Below, in pieces: positions 62,178 through 64,000 of a stretch of 64,000 nucleotides of DNA. Below the pieces are notes generated by a model. That model was not told the origin of the DNA, did not search any database, and saw only the letters and a program-made list of their open reading frames with translations. How positions within the stretch are numbered: position 1 is the first letter of the stretch; every line of letters starts with the position of its first letter. The stretch spans positions 54,624,001-54,688,000 of the forward strand of contig CM059438.1 of NCBI GenBank assembly GCA_030390025.1, written 5' to 3'. Made by a program: the position numbers and the translations under genes. The DNA is from Squalus acanthias (lineage: Eukaryota).

Positions 62178-64000
62178 GCTGCTGGCAGATACCTCTGTTG
62201 GGGAAGCGCTCAGTCGAAGCAGGTCCCACAGTTGAGAGATAGAAGCTGCAGCACCTCCGACTTCAGTAGGCCTGCTAAAAGTGCTGAAAGACCTGTGGAA
62301 CAGAAGTTCTGCCACCTGCAACTGCTCCCTGATGAAAGCTCCGTTTTAATGGTGGAGCTGCAGCTGTGAGGAGGCCACCCACTTGTCAACCCGCCAGGAT
62401 TAGCTGGTGTGGTTTAGGAGGGTCGTGGAACACGCTGAAAATGTAGTAAAATAACGAGGACCTGTCAAAATAGGATTATAGAGGTTCTTAACTACTATTT
62501 AAGGGTCTTAACTACCTCTCTCGACTGATGGAGGTGGAACCGAATCGCACCCATCAAAACCGCCTCCGGCAAAATTGCACGGAGGCGGGTTCCGAACCCG
62601 CCCTCAGTTTTTGCCATTTTGCCAACTGTCCTGCCTCCAAACCCGCCTCCTCGGGGCTGGGAAAATCACCCCCAAGGTGTTCAGGAAAGATAGAGAAGGA
62701 AAGAAAGTATTGGGGTGGCAGTATTGGTTAAGGAGAATGTTACAGTGCTGGAGAGAGGATGTCCTGGAGGGGTCAAGCACAGAATCTATTTGGTTAGAGT
62801 TAAGAAATAATAGAGGTGCCATTACACTACTAGATGTATTCTATAGGCCACCAACTAGTGGGGAAGGATATAGAGGAACAAATTTGCAGGGAAATTACAG
62901 AAAGGTGCAAGAACTATAGAGCAGTGATAATGGGGGACTTCAACTATCCTAATATAGACTGGGATAGTAATAGTGTAATGGGCAAAGAGGGGGAAGAATT
63001 TCTGAAGTGTGTTCAGGAGAACTTTCTTGATCAGTATGTTTCCGGCCTAATGAGGAAGGAGGCATTGCTGGATCTGGTTCTGGGGAATGAGGTGGGTCAA
63101 GTGGAGCAAGTGTCAGTAGGGGAACATTTAGGGAGCAGTGATCATAGATTAGATTTACTATGGAAAAGGACAGGGAGCAATCTTGAGTTGAAATACTTAA
63201 TTGAAGGAAGGCCAATTTCAGTGGGTTGAGAACGGATCTGGCCCGGGTAAATTGGAATCAAAGCTTGGCAGGCAAAACTGTAATGGAACAATGGGCTGTC
63301 TTTAAAGAGGAGATGGTTCGGGTGCAGTTGAGGTACATTCCCACGAGGGGGCAAGGTAGGGCAACTAAAGTCAGCTCCCTGGATGACGAAAGAGGTAGAG
63401 AGTAAGATGAAGCCGATAAAGGGGGTGTATGATAAATGTCAGATTGAGAATACAAGTGAGAACCAGGCTAAATATAGAAAGTTCAGAGGGGAAGTGAAAA
63501 AGAAAATAAGAGCGGCAAAGAGAGAGTGTGAGAATAGGTTGGTAGCTAACATAAAAGGGAATCCAAAAGTCTTCTATAGGCATATAAATAGTAAACGGGT
63601 AGTAAGAGGAGGGATGGGGCCAATTAGAGACCAAAAAGGAGACCTACGCATGGAGGCAGTGGGTATACCTGAGGTACTAAATGAATACTTTTCCTTGGTA
63701 AACTCAGATGCAGAAGATGTTGCTAAAGTCATAGTGAAAGAGGAGGTAGTTGAGATACTGGATGGGATAAAAATTGATAAAGAGGAGTTGCTAGAAAGGC
63801 TGTCTGTACTTAAAGTAGATAAGTCACCAGGACCGGATGAGATACATCCTAGGATGCTGAAGGAAGTTCAGGTGGAAATTGTAGAGGTACTGGCCATAAT
63901 CTTCCAATCTTTCTTAGATACGGGGGTGGTGCCAGAGGACTGGAGAATTGCAAATGTTACACCCTTGTTCAAAGAAGGGTGTAAAGATAAACCCAGCAAC

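Larger units (their letters stand above)
58562..62673. mobile_element. PIF/Harbinger DNA transposon (~4.1 kb), degenerate
   Basis: Convergent Myb/SANT and DDE genes. Apparent 3-bp TSD AAG. Right end AAAATCACCCCC. GGAGGCGGGTT/AACCCGCCTCC subterminal repeats at both ends. Confidence 0.9.
58240..64000 (+). mobile_element. CR1 ORF2 region split by the Harbinger transposon; runs off the right edge
   Basis: ..TETWLKKGQDWGLNIPGYK | VFRKDREG.. continuity across 58561/62674. MGDFN, SDH and KSPGPD downstream. Confidence 0.88.

Overview
Eukaryotic, repeat-dominated vertebrate DNA. The repeat content (HE1-type V-SINE, Deu-type tRNA SINEs, dense CR1 LINEs, Penelope elements) points to a cartilaginous fish such as a shark. 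The only host gene I can support is the first coding exon of tetraspanin-15 (TSPAN15, minus strand, 36964-37059) in a CpG-rich promoter. On that reading 1-36963 is intron 1 and 37060-64000 is 5'UTR/upstream DNA. Most of the rest is nested mobile DNA: many CR1 LINEs (one with an uninterrupted EN-RT ORF2), L2 and RTE fragments, SINEs, two solo LTRs, a degenerate two-gene PIF/Harbinger transposon, and Harbinger-type MITEs. Two things stand out. (1) An intact DD32D pogo/Tigger transposase with a TIR and a cognate MITE, whose protein closely resembles mammalian Jerky (JRK) as I recall it. (2) Seven Penelope insertions carrying a hammerhead-ribozyme-like motif, three of them 190-230 bp long-hairpin mini-elements with 12-bp TSDs. 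Family assignments come from motif recognition and memory, not database searches.
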